Shown: positions 53,589 to 64,000 of the stretch, in pieces
Numbering within the stretch: the first letter of the stretch is position 1
Layout of the letters: the number at the start of each line of letters is the position of its first letter
DNA from: Dictyostelium discoideum
Taxonomy: Eukaryota
Reading direction: 5' to 3'
Length of the DNA stretch: 64,000 bases
Assembly (NCBI GenBank): GCA_000004695.1
Contig: CM000151.3
Coordinates: 4,608,001 to 4,672,000 of the forward strand
The notes under the pieces: generated by a model
Databases searched by the model: none
Told to the model about the DNA's origin: nothing
What the model saw: only the letters and a program-made list of their open reading frames with translations
Position numbers and translations under genes: made by a program

Positions 53589-54598
53589 TTAAGCCATTTC
53601 AAGTTCAGCACCAGAAGCCTTTAATTTAGCAATAATCTTTTCTGCTTCTTCTTTTGAAACTTTATCGGCAATAACTGAAGGAATCTTTTCAACGAGACCT
53701 TTAGTTTCCATTAAACTGAGTGATGGTTTGACTTCTCTTAATTCTTTAATAATCTTATATTTGGCACCATCTGGTACTTTAACGAGTCTAACTTGGAAAT
53801 CTGTTTTGGCAACAGCGGCTGGTGCAGCAGCGGCAGCTGGGGCAGCTCCACCTGCTGGGGCACCTGAACCGAGACTGGAAAGATCAATATCTGGAATACT
53901 TAATTTTTTCTATAAAATAAATAAAAAAAAAATAAAAAAAGGGGAGAGGTTTATGATTAGCATCACAAAAAGTGGTAAATCAAAATTCCATTTACAAAGA
54001 TTTTAATATTTTTCATTTTTTTTTTTTTTTTTAATGGTGATGTGTGAATAATTTTCTGTTGTTCCTTTTTCCTTTCTTTTTTCCTTTTTCCTTTTTCCTT
54101 TTTTCCTTTCTAATATTTAAATCTGTGCTATTATTTTTTTATTATTATCACTCTGACCTATTTTTGTGTTATGTGTTTGCTAAATGCTAAATTGAAATGA
54201 ACTATTTGGCCAATACTATTAAAATCATTCTAAAAAAAACTGGAAATTGATTGATTTTTTTTTTTTATTTCTTGTCGCTATAAACATTTTGATATTGTGC
54301 TGTTTGCTATATTCTACTACATTATTCACATACCAACTCACTCCATTAATTCAAAAAAAATAAAAAATAAAAAATAAAAAAAAAAAGTAAAGAATATATA
54401 AAAAATAAAATTCATACTTGTAAATGTTGGGTTAAATCCATAACGTCCAAAATGGAAAGTTTTGAGATTCTTTCGACTAAATCAGCAACTTCTGTTGAGG
54501 ATTTACCATTTTCAATTGTGGTAAGTTTAAGGTTAACTTTTTCTGGTTCTGTTGTGAATAAACGAGTGCTATATAATGTATTGTTGTTGCACTTTAAC
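53589..54598 (-). CDS. mrpl12: Mitochondrial ribosomal protein L7/L12 (bacterial bL12 type), 3'-terminal two exons: 54418..54598 and 53589..53909. The first (Met/presequence) exon is not located
   Basis: NTD: ...STEVADLVERISKLSILDVMDLTQHLQ (compare bL12 [22 protein letters not shown]). Ala/Pro hinge GAPAGGAAPAAAAAPAAVA. CTD: FQVRLVKVPDGAKYKIIKELREVKPSLSLMETKGLVEKIPSVIADKVSKEEAEKIIAKLKASGAELEMA*. Intron 53910..54417 (caa|GTATGA...ttttatag|AAA, phase 0). The upstream acceptor aaaatag|G at 54599 implies a further 5' exon. No in-frame ATG precedes it before the TAA. Confidence 0.65.
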
Positions 54599-54626
54599 CT
54601 ATTTTATCATTATTTAAAATTTTTAA

Positions 54627-54657
<31 letters not shown>

Positions 54658-55703
54658 AACACATTAATATAGATATTTTTTTTTTTTATTTTATTTTTTT
54701 TTTTTTTTATTTTCTGTTTTAATTATTTTATTTTATTTTATTTTATTTTGTTGAAGGTATTATGTATTGTTTTAAAATTATTATTATTATTATTATTATT
54801 TTTTTTTTTAGATGTGTATGTGTGTATTATTTATCAGATTTTTCGTTTTTTCAAAAAAAAAAAAAAATGAAAATTTTTTTTTCCCCACATTAAAATCACA
54901 CGCAATAATTTATTGATTGATCATTAATTTTATTTTTGCTATTATTATTAAAATTTTATTTTATTTTGCATTGTTTCACCCAAACATACTTTGATAAAGT
55001 TGAAAAACATTTATTGAGTGATACTCTTGAGATCATTTTAATTTTTATATAATTATATGTATAAAACAGCACAATGAAAAAAGTAGTCGAGAATAAAACT
55101 GAAAAAAAAAAAGAAAAATAAAAAAAAAAAAAAATAAAAAAAAAAAATAAATAAAAATTAAAAAAAAAAAAAAAAATGAAAAAAAACAAAAATGAAAAAA
55201 AAAGAAAAACGCATTTCATCAAAGAACTTCGCCAGATTACCACCAAAATAAAAAAATAGGGAAAAAAAAAAAAAATAAAAAAAATAAAAAATAAATTTCA
55301 ACAATTAAAACAGTGTTATAATTATTTTAATCCAAATCTATTTTTATAATATATACATTTTTTTTATTAAATATTTTCGTATTTCCCCAAAAAAAATAAA
55401 AAAATAAAAAAAAAAACTAAACACTTGAAATAATTTTTTATTTGCCTTTTCTGAACCAAGTATTTCTTCCAGAAATTTCTAAAAATAAAATAAAAATAGA
55501 AATAAAAAAATAAAAAATAAATTATTTAATTTGGGTTTTAAATAAAATAATTTATTTATGTTGAGAAATTTTATTTTATATTTTTAAATTTCTTTCTTTT
55601 CATCCAATTTATCATTACCATTAATTTGGTTAATTTTGTTTGCAAAATGTCTAAAACATTGGAGAATAATATTATTTTCAGCTGAAATATCTCTTTCAAA
55701 TAA

Positions 55704-55744
55704 CTATAAAAATAAGAAAATGGAATTAATAATTATTTTATTAT

Positions 55745-55777
<33 letters not shown>

Positions 55778-56372
55778 TTACTTTGGTAAAAAGTGAATCT
55801 TGGAATTTATTAACTTGAGGTTCTTCTTTTACTTTTTTTGGATTATTTCTTTTTTTATTTCTTTTATTGCTACTGGCAGTATTTACTTTTACTTCTTTTA
55901 TCGGTTTTTCTTCAAATTTATTAAACTCTAAAGTTGATGGAACTTCAATTGGTTCATTATCATTATCATTATCATTATTTTCTTTTTCTTGATTTTCATT
56001 TTCTTTTTGTATTGATACTACATTGGTGGTGGTGGTGGTTGTGTCAGTAGTGGGGTTGGTTGTGGAGCTTGTATTGGTGGTGGTATTTGTTAGTTCAGTT
56101 TTAGTAGTGGATGATTTATTATTATTTTTTGAAGTTTGATTTTCAAGTTTTTTCTTTTTATCAGGAGTTTGTTTTTTTTTAGAATTATTATTATTATTAT
56201 ATAAAAGTTCACCTCTTTTTCTAGCGTCTTCTTCTTCTTTCTTTTTTGCTTCAATATTTGCTTTTGAAGGATATCTTCTCCTTCTCTCTTCTAAATAACG
56301 TGCAATATCTTCAGGTGATTCTTGAATTTTTATTTCCTTTAATCTTTGGTTAAATAATTTTATTCTTTTCAT
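55704..56372 (-). CDS. Hypothetical Lys/Glu-rich (probably nuclear/nucleolar) protein, 222 aa
   Basis: ORF MKRIKLFNQRLKEIKIQESPEDIARYLEERRRRYPSKANIEAKKKEEEDARKRGELL..., then a poly-T/N low-complexity stretch and a KR-rich tail. Family not recognised. The possible upstream ORF 56656..56877 is separated from it by an in-frame stop. Confidence 0.4.
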
Positions 56373-56448
56373 TTCTTCTTTATCATCGTCATCATCATTA
56401 TTTCTTTTATTTTTTTTATTATTATTATCATTAAATTTATTATATTTA

Positions 56449-56519
<71 letters not shown>

Positions 56520-57265
56520 TTTTTTAATTTCTAAAGTTTCAGTATTGGTTATTTTTTCATTATTTACATTTGTTTGGTTTTGTTTTTCATTATTATTATT
56601 ATTATTATTGTTATTGTTATTATTATCTACATTATTTTTATTATTTCTATTATTTTTATTTCCTCCTTTGTGCCTGATTATTTTTATTTTTATTATTGTT
56701 ATTTTTATTTAGTTCATCCTTATTTTGGGTTGGAGGAGTAATTGTTGGTTGTGGAATTCCATCTGAATATAGTTGAACTAAATCTGATAAATCCATATTA
56801 TTTATATTACTATTTAAAATGAAAATATTACTTTGTTTATTTTTTTTTTTTTTTTTATTTGGTAACCTAACAAACAAAATGGGTATACAAAATTATTATT
56901 TTTTTTTTTTTCCACAAAAATGAAAATTTAATTTTACAAAAAAAAAAAAAAAAAAATAAAATTAAAAAAAAAAATAAAATTAAAAAAAAAAACGAGCGAA
57001 AGTTAAAAATATAAAAATTAAAATAATTAAAATCATGTTATTTTTAAATACTTTTAATATGCCACTATTATTACTATTATTACTTTTTTTTTTTTTTTTA
57101 ATTTTTTTTTTAATTTTTTTTTAATTTTTTTTATTATTTTTTATTTTTTTTTATTTTTTTTTTTTTTTTATTACTATCTTATTTTATTATAAAAATATTA
57201 CAAAATAAAATATTTGAATTGGGGAGATAGGGGAATAGGGTGTCGTATTAGTAGTAGTAGTGAGT

Positions 57266-58448
57266 TTATTCTCTTGATTCTTCAACCCAACCTTTGCTTT
57301 GTTCTTCTTCTTCCTCTTCTTGAGTTTCTTCTTCGATTTGATCGAAAGCATTCTCTGGAACAGAGTAAAGATTGATAACATTACGATTTGGATCACGATG
57401 TAAAAGATATTTACCATTGGCTAATTTCATACAAGTTTGAGCGATATGTTTCAAAATACCCCAACAATTCTTCATGTCAACACCATTTTGTTTATTGAGA
57501 TCTGCAACTGGATAGAATTGAGTACCTAAAATGACGTGATTATTATTATCACGAATTGAATCACGAGAAACAAAACCTAAATTTAACATTTCACAACCTG
57601 CTAAAGTTGATTGAATAGACCATTTAGCAAACTATATTTTATATATAAAAAAAAAAAAAAAAAAAAGTTAAATTAAATAATAATTCAAAAGAATAATAGA
57701 GATATATATATATATATATAAATATTTACTTTAGTTGAATTGTTTTTAATTTCAGTAGCCAAGATAGCAGCTCTTTGAGAATCTAATTTCTTTCTAAATT
57801 CAATACCGAATCTATTACTATCATGTTCGTTAATAGCTTTGATAGAGATGAATTTTGGTGGTTGACCTGGAAGACCTTCGACGACACCATCGATTTCAGT
57901 ACGAGCTAAAACGACGATATCATCACCGAGATCCCATTTCTTGTAGGCGTAACCAACGTCAACGCAATTTTCAAATTCGTCACCTTCTGGAAGTTCATTA
58001 TCAAATTTGAATGGCTCAACATTTTGAGAGAGAACTTGTTGCCAATAGTTGAGATTGACTTGAGTTGCTTCTTGTGAGAGTGAGGAAGTGGTGTTGATTG
58101 GATCTTTGTCATCTTGATGATGAGCTGTAAGATTTTCATTGACTGTCAAATGTTCGGATGTACCTGGTCTCAATTCAAAGAATAAACGTGCACCAACCTT
58201 TTGAACGACGATATCCCAACTGTAGACTGACTTTTGAGCACTCATCAATACTGCTAAAATACTATCAGTGGCATAGACATTACCATTCATATATTCACTT
58301 CTAATTACCTTATCATCTGATGTTGGAATTAATGGAACACTGTTCTCTGTCTTTTGTAATTTCTTTTCATTCTTTGCATTAATTCTATCATAAACTTTAT
58401 TATAATATTTAACTTGACCATAAGTTCCACTGTGTTGTTGTTGTTGTT

Positions 58449-58485
<37 letters not shown>

Positions 58486-59207
58486 TTAATATAAATGAAT
58501 AAACGAATGAATGTATTATAGATAATAAATTAATAATAAAAAAACACATACATTGTTTCTGGTTCTGGTAATTGTTCAACAGTGTATTGTTTAAATGTTG
58601 ATAAATCAAATTCTTCTTTTGATTCCCAACTTGAAAGGATTTCAATACTTGATTCTCTATTTCTTTGACGTCTATCATTCCAATATTTATTGTTTGAACC
58701 GAATCTACCACCACGCATACCACCACGACCACCACGACCACCTGCATTTGAACCACCTCTTTTGTTTTGTTGGTAAAATTGTTTTTGATAGGTTTTACCT
58801 TTATTCTTGAGTTTATTTTGTACTCTAGTGTAATCAACTAATGTGAATGAATCTTCATCATCTTCCAATTTAAATGTGAATGGATTGAATGCATTTGATC
58901 CATAATTTTGACGTTCTTTTTATTATTAAATATTATTTAGTTAGTAAAAAATTTATAGAAAATTATAAAAAAAAAATAGAGTTGTGTGGAGGGGGGGTGT
59001 GTGTTTGTGTGATTGCATTTCACAAACACACACATAAATGATTATGTACATGCGATAATTTCTAACATTAGAGTTCCAATCTGAACATTTACCAATTTTA
59101 TCACCTTTGCTAAATGGTGCATATGGAATATCTGTGAATTTCTCTAATTTTCCGACTGGACCCCAGCCAGTTGGATTGACTTTAATTGTATTCAACTCTA
59201 ATGACAT
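57266..59207 (-). CDS. eif3D: Eukaryotic translation initiation factor 3 subunit D (eIF3d), 4 exons: ~59050..59207, 58552..58915, 57730..58429, 57266..57631
   Basis: Exon 1: MSLELNTIKVNPTGWGPVGKLEKFTDIPYAPFSKGDKIGKCSDWNSNVRNYR (compare human MAKFMTPVIQDNPSGWGP...PFSKGDRLGKVADWT). Exon 2: ...FKLEDDEDSFTLVD...RGGRGGMRGG...QYTVEQLPEPET. Exon 3: ...YGQVKYYNKVYDRINAKNE...[37 protein letters not shown]... (compare [33 protein letters not shown]). Exon 4: FAKWSIQSTLAGCEMLNLGFVSRD...acidic tail. Introns 2 and 3 are resolved (at|GTATGT...acacag|T and aaa|GTAAAT...aaatatag|TTT). The exon 1/2 junction could not be resolved (see findings). Confidence 0.8.
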
Positions 59208-59226
59208 GGTTATTTATGAATGAGTG

Positions 59227-59265
<39 letters not shown>

Positions 59266-59605
59266 TTTAAAAAAAAAAATTGAAAAAAAAAAAAAAAAAA
59301 AATTGAAAGTTTTTTATTTTTTTTTCTTTTTTATCTTCAAAAAAAAAAAAAAAGATTAAAAAATACGAAAACAAATAAAGAAATAATTTAGTTTTAATAT
59401 TAATATAGACAAATTAAAAAAAAATAAAAAATAAAAAAAATAAAAAAAATTTATGTTTAAAATTGTAATAATAATAAATTTATTATTATTTTCACAAACA
59501 TTTTTTTTTTTTTTTTTTTTGTCAAAACGCTAAATAAAAACAAATGAAAAAAGTTGGAAATGATGGAAAAAAAAAAAAAAAAAATTATAATATATATTTT
59601 TTTAT

Positions 59606-61305
59606 TTATTTTTTATTATCATTTATAAATTTAATTATATTATTTGATAAATTTGTAAAACTTGGTAAAATATTATTTTTAAAATTTTCTTCATCATTAT
59701 TTGAAATTGTTGGTAATTTTATATCAGTTTGTAAAGATTTTAATTGATTTAAAGTATTTGGTGATTCAAATAAAATATCACTACCAATTGATGATAAAAT
59801 TAAACTTTTTTGATCCATTGATAATTGTCCTTTTTCATTAGTTTGTTGTGGTTGTTGTGGTTGTTGTGGTTGTTGATATTGATCTTCATTTATAAATTTA
59901 TTAAATAAATTATTTAATGATAATTGTTTATTAAAAGTTTGAAATTCTAATGATTTTGTATAGATATCAAATAGTTGATTTATAGCTTTACGATAATTTC
60001 CACCCCAACTATTAAGTATATGATTACCATAGACTGATAAGATAGCTTCGGTTACTTTTGGTTGAATTTTAGTTGCCAAAATTTTACGCCATTTCCAAAG
60101 ATTATTTAAAGTTGAATTGGTTTGTTCATATACTAAAATATGTGCCCATTGTAGCGAGCCTATTAAATGTTTATCTTTTTCAATTGCTTTTTGTTGTAGA
60201 GAATCATTGAAAATCGGGTTAACAGTTTCCATATGAATTGCAATATTAAATGATTCCTTTAACGAGTTTTCAATGATTTCACCATGATGATTTGGTACCA
60301 TTTCAAATCTACCATTATCAGAATCAAATGAAATTGGTGATGAATTTAGTGATGTCAAATTATTCTCTTTTAAAAATTGAGTTAAACTTTTTTCACCACC
60401 ATTTAAATTCTTTGAAAGTAGTGCATTATTTTCATATAAATTAAATGGATATTCAAAGAATAATAAATGTGGAAATTCATCACTATTTGTTATAATATCA
60501 TTAATTGGTAATTGACCATTTTCACCATAAATCAATTCATTCGATGATATACCATATGATTGAATATTACCATTTTCAATTAAAAATTCAAGATGTGGAA
60601 ATATTTCATTTTTTAATTTTTTAATAATTTCATCTTTATTATTATTATTATTATTATTATTATTGGATGATGATAAATTATTTAAATCTAATAATAATAT
60701 ATCAATTGTATCTAAATATAAATCATCCAATGCAATTTTAATTTGATTATTTATATTTTTAATTGATAATTCATCAATATTTAAAAATGGTTTAGTTTTT
60801 TTAATATAAATTAATTCTTGTCTATTTATTTCACCTTTATCTAATAAATCTGATATTGTATCACAAATTATTTTTGTTTCATTACTTGATTTAATAACAT
60901 TACAACCATTTTTAATTGATTTAATTCTAAGTGTATTTTATTTTATTTTATTTTTTAAAAATTGAATAAAAAAATGATTAGAGTACTAATTTATTTATTA
61001 TTAATTTATTAATAAAATAAAAAGATTACTTACAATACAGCTTTATGTTCTGATTCATATTGTGTATAATTATCAGCATCAATTGCAAATCTACTTAAAG
61101 ATAAAGGTAAAATTTCATTATTTAAAGTTTTAAATGGTTGTTGTTTTGATAAAAGAAATGAACGAGTTGATGATGGTGTTCCTCCTTTTGCAATTGTTGT
61201 TGTTTTTGTTGTTGAAAAATTATTAAATTTATAATTATAATGCAAACTATTATTTAAATTTATAAATTGTTTTAATGAATTATTAATTTTAAAATTTCTA
61301 ATCAT
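59606..61305 (-). CDS. Hypothetical protein (~531 aa), 2 exons: 61034..61305 and 59606..60926. The N-terminus looks like a mitochondrial presequence
   Basis: Exon 1 MIRNFKINNSLKQFINLNNSLHYNYKFNNFSTTK...EHKAV, ending tt|GTAAGT. Acceptor cacttag|a at 60927/60928, phase 2, continues LIKSIKNGCNVIKSS...ALDDLYLDTIDILLLDL... through ORF 59606..60730. Conserved-looking core ...HLIGSLQWAHILVYEQTNSTLNNLWKWRKILATKIQPKVTEAILSVYGNHILNSWGGNYRKAINQLFDIYTKSLEF. Family not recognised. Confidence 0.45.
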
Positions 61306-61445
61306 TTTATTATTATTATTATTTTAAATTTTATCAAAATGAAAAAAAAAAAAGGTGAATTTTTTTTTTTTAAAAAAAGAAGTTCGCCACTCGCATTGAT
61401 TTTTAAAAAATGAAAAAAAAAAATAAAATAAAATAAAATAAAAAA

Positions 61446-61496
<51 letters not shown>

Positions 61497-61647
61497 TCCG
61501 TTTTTTGTTTTTTGTTTTTTTTTGTTTTCAAGTGTGAATATATTGTTTGTGTGTTGATTTCATATGATCAAAAATTTAACCACAAGATAAGAAAAAGAAT
61601 CAGAAAAAGAAAAAAAAGAATCACATACAATAAAAAATAATAATCAG

Positions 61648-61678
<31 letters not shown>

Positions 61679-61716
61679 TATCAATTTTTGTATATAATAA
61701 TAATAATAAATAAATA

Positions 61717-62400
61717 ATGTCAAGAGCAATTTTTAAAAATCCATTAACATCATCACATTTATGGCATGTTATTGATGCATCAGGACACAGAGTTGGTAGA
61801 TTAGCAACAAAGATTTCAGAATTATTAAGAGGTAAACATAAACCAATTTATGATAGATCAGTACCATTAGAGTGTGGTGATTATGTCGTTGTATTGAATG
61901 CACATAAAGTTGAATTTACAGGTAAAAAATGGGACCAAAAAATGTACAGAAAGCATAGTGGTTATCCAGGTGGTTTAAAAGAAACCCTCGCAAAAGACAT
62001 GTTGGTTGAAAATCCAGAACATATCATTCGTCATGCAGTCATGGGTATGATACCAAAGAATAATAGTAAATTTTATTTAGGTAAACGTTTAAAGATTTAC
62101 GATGGAATTTTCAATCCACATCAAGGTCAAATCACAGCCACACCATCATCACCAATAGCATTAAATATCGGTCCATTCGTTGAAAAACAAATCGAACCAA
62201 CTCAAGAACAAATCGATGAATACTATGCTGGTTATAAATTACAAATTAATAATGATTCTCAATCTTTTGATCTCCTTGAAACTAAAGTTCGTTCACATAA
62301 AGATCAACTTAAACGTGAAAGAAGATTATTAAGAAAGAAAAGAGTTAATGAATTAAAACCATTAAGATCACCACCAAAAACTGAAGAAATTGATAATTAA
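61717..62400 (+). CDS. mrpl13: Mitochondrial ribosomal protein L13 (bacterial uL13 type), single exon, 227 aa
   Basis: WHVIDASGHRVGRLATKISELLRGKHKPIYDRSVPLECGDYVVVLNAHKVEFTGKKWDQKMYRKHSGYPGGLKE...IIRHAVMGMIPKNNSKFYLGKRLKIYDG matches the uL13 signature across the whole domain. Lys-rich C-terminal extension. Confidence 0.8.
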   Translation: MSRAIFKNPLTSSHLWHVIDASGHRVGRLATKISELLRGKHKPIYDRSVPLECGDYVVVLNAHKVEFTGKKWDQKMYRKHSGYPGGLKETLAKDMLVENPEHIIRHAVMGMIPKNNSKFYLGKRLKIYDGIFNPHQGQITATPSSPIALNIGPFVEKQIEPTQEQIDEYYAGYKLQINNDSQSFDLLETKVRSHKDQLKRERRLLRKKRVNELKPLRSPPKTEEIDN

Positions 62401-62476
62401 TTAATTAATTTTTTAAAAAAAAAAAATAAAAAAAAAAAAAAAATAAAATAAAATAAAATTAAACAAATAAATAAAA

Positions 62477-62510
<34 letters not shown>

Positions 62511-62596
62511 ACATCGCACATTAATTTTTTTTTTTTTTTTTTTTTTCAAATATTTTTTTTTTTTTTTCAAATATTTTATTTGTTCATTTATTTTTT

Positions 62597-63839
62597 TTAT
62601 TTAATATTCCAAATTTTTGAAGATAAAAATTGATATGGTGGATTATCATAAATATTTTTAGTTTGTCTCATAATTATTGGACCAACCATTTTATAAAATT
62701 TATTGAAAGCTAGAAATGTTTCTTTTGAGATACAAATGTAATCAGAATCTAATTGTAAATTATCTTTTAATTGGTGAATTGGAAGACCATCAATTGTTTT
62801 AAAGAAACTAGTTGTAACTATATTTGAAGTTGGTGGTAAATTACTACCATCAATGAATCGTTTCCATTCAACAAACCAATTCATTGGTAATATAAAATAA
62901 ATTTCATTAGTACTATTATTAACTTTATTATTAATTGAACTTGAAACTTGATTAAATTCATTCTTTAATATCTCTAATCTTTCTAAATTTCTTCTTTCTT
63001 CTAAAACTCTCTTTAAATAATAAAAAATATTTATTAGTATATTATATATATATATTTTTCAAATTTATATACATCACCACCACCACGTTAAATACACTTA
63101 CATCATTTAAAAATAATTCTAATTCATTTAATCTATAAAATTTTGAATCAGCAATTAAACATTTAATATCTAACGAGGGTGGTATTGTGATAACACCAGT
63201 TCTTAAAAAGTTTAAAATTACATTGAAATAAACAGGATCTCTATCAATTAAGTAAAATCCATCATGATCTTTTTCAAATTTAAATTTCTTTTCTCCAGTT
63301 TCATTATTTATTGATGTTTCAAATTCATCATTCTCACCATGTTGAAAATTAACACCACTTTGTAAATTATGAATATTATTATAATATTTCTTTTTTTCAA
63401 TTTCAATTTGTTCTTCAACTTCATTTTTATTATTACTTGATGATGATGATGATTCTGATGTTGTTGTTTCTACAATAGTTGGTAAATTTTTATGAGTTTC
63501 TTGGTATTCTAAATCTTGTTTTTTGATTGACTTTAATTCATTTTCGCTAGTGGGTGGAGGCTTTGAATTTTTATTATTTGGTAGTGGTGGCGGTGGTTGA
63601 TTATCATCAAACATATTTTCAAACATTGATGATGGTTTTGATAAAATTTCAGTGATTGTTTTAGTTGTAATTTTATCATCATGTGCTATACCTGATAATA
63701 TTGAGTCACTATATTTATTTAATGTTTTCCTTCTAACAATGAATGGTTGACCACCAACTTTTATTCTAACCCAATGTCCTAAATGAAATAATGAAACATT
63801 TTTTTGTTGATGTTGTAAATTTTGATAAATATCATTCAT
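62597..63839 (-). CDS. BTB/POZ (T1/KCTD-type) domain protein, 2 exons: 63102..63839 and 62597..63010
   Basis: BTB: VRIKVGGQPFIVRRKTLNKYSDSILSGI...FYLIDRDPVYFNVILNFLRTGVITIPP...FYRLNELELFLND. Donor gat|GTAAGT at 63101. Acceptor tttaaag|AGA at 63011/63012, phase 0. Exon 2: RVLEERRNLERLEILKNEF...MNWFVEWKRFIDGSNLPPTSNIV...KIWNIK*. Intron 91 nt. Confidence 0.6.
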
Positions 63840-63888
63840 ATTCTTAAAATTACTAAATGTTTTACTATAGAATAAAATAAAAAAAATT

Positions 63889-63911
63889 AATAATAATTAA
63901 TAGCAATAATA

Positions 63912-64000
<89 letters not shown>
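63889..64000. repeat. (TAA)n/(AAT)n trinucleotide microsatellite running to window end
   Basis: aataataataat... seen directly. Could be poly-N coding DNA of a downstream gene. Confidence 0.8.

Noticed and set aside
56656-56877. ORF 56656..56877 as a 5' exon of the Lys-rich gene 55704..56372
   Set aside because: It is separated by an in-frame TAA with no usable GT donor. The intervening sequence is poly-N in that frame, so it may be 5' UTR or an independent low-complexity ORF. It remains unresolved and is not called.

Overview
The window is extremely AT-rich (~75-80% A+T). Coding regions contain poly-N/Q/T tracts. Intergenic spacers carry long A/T homopolymers. Introns are short (80-260 nt), AT-rich and GT..AG. 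This is typical of a dictyostelid social-amoeba nuclear genome, most likely Dictyostelium discoideum. It is eukaryotic DNA, with no CRISPR arrays, operons or other prokaryotic features.

Content, 5' to 3':
- Two tandem multi-exon paralogues (minus strand) for a large type-I cell-surface glycoprotein. The first runs off the window start.
- A huge low-complexity protein carrying a split PP2C-type phosphatase domain.
- A triple-SH3 adaptor protein.
- A two-exon family-A DNA polymerase (POLN/Pol-theta polymerase-domain type).
- A roughly 16-kb tandem array of FNIP-repeat genes on the minus strand: three intact, two decayed pseudogenes and one 5' fragment. The array is interrupted by a gene-fragment patch and a nested inverted-repeat element resembling a DNA transposon.
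- A STE20-family kinase.
- A TAF1B/Rrn7-like zinc-ribbon protein.
- A three-exon choline/ethanolamine kinase.
- Three palindromic hairpin elements.
- Mitochondrial ribosomal proteins L7/L12 and L13.
- eIF3 subunit d (four exons).
- A KCTD-type BTB protein.
- Two hypothetical proteins.

The gene-fragment patch holds a PrimPol-like AEP primase ORF with an in-frame stop and a CBS-domain scrap.

Many ORF-track entries are antisense or alternate-frame artefacts of low-complexity coding DNA.
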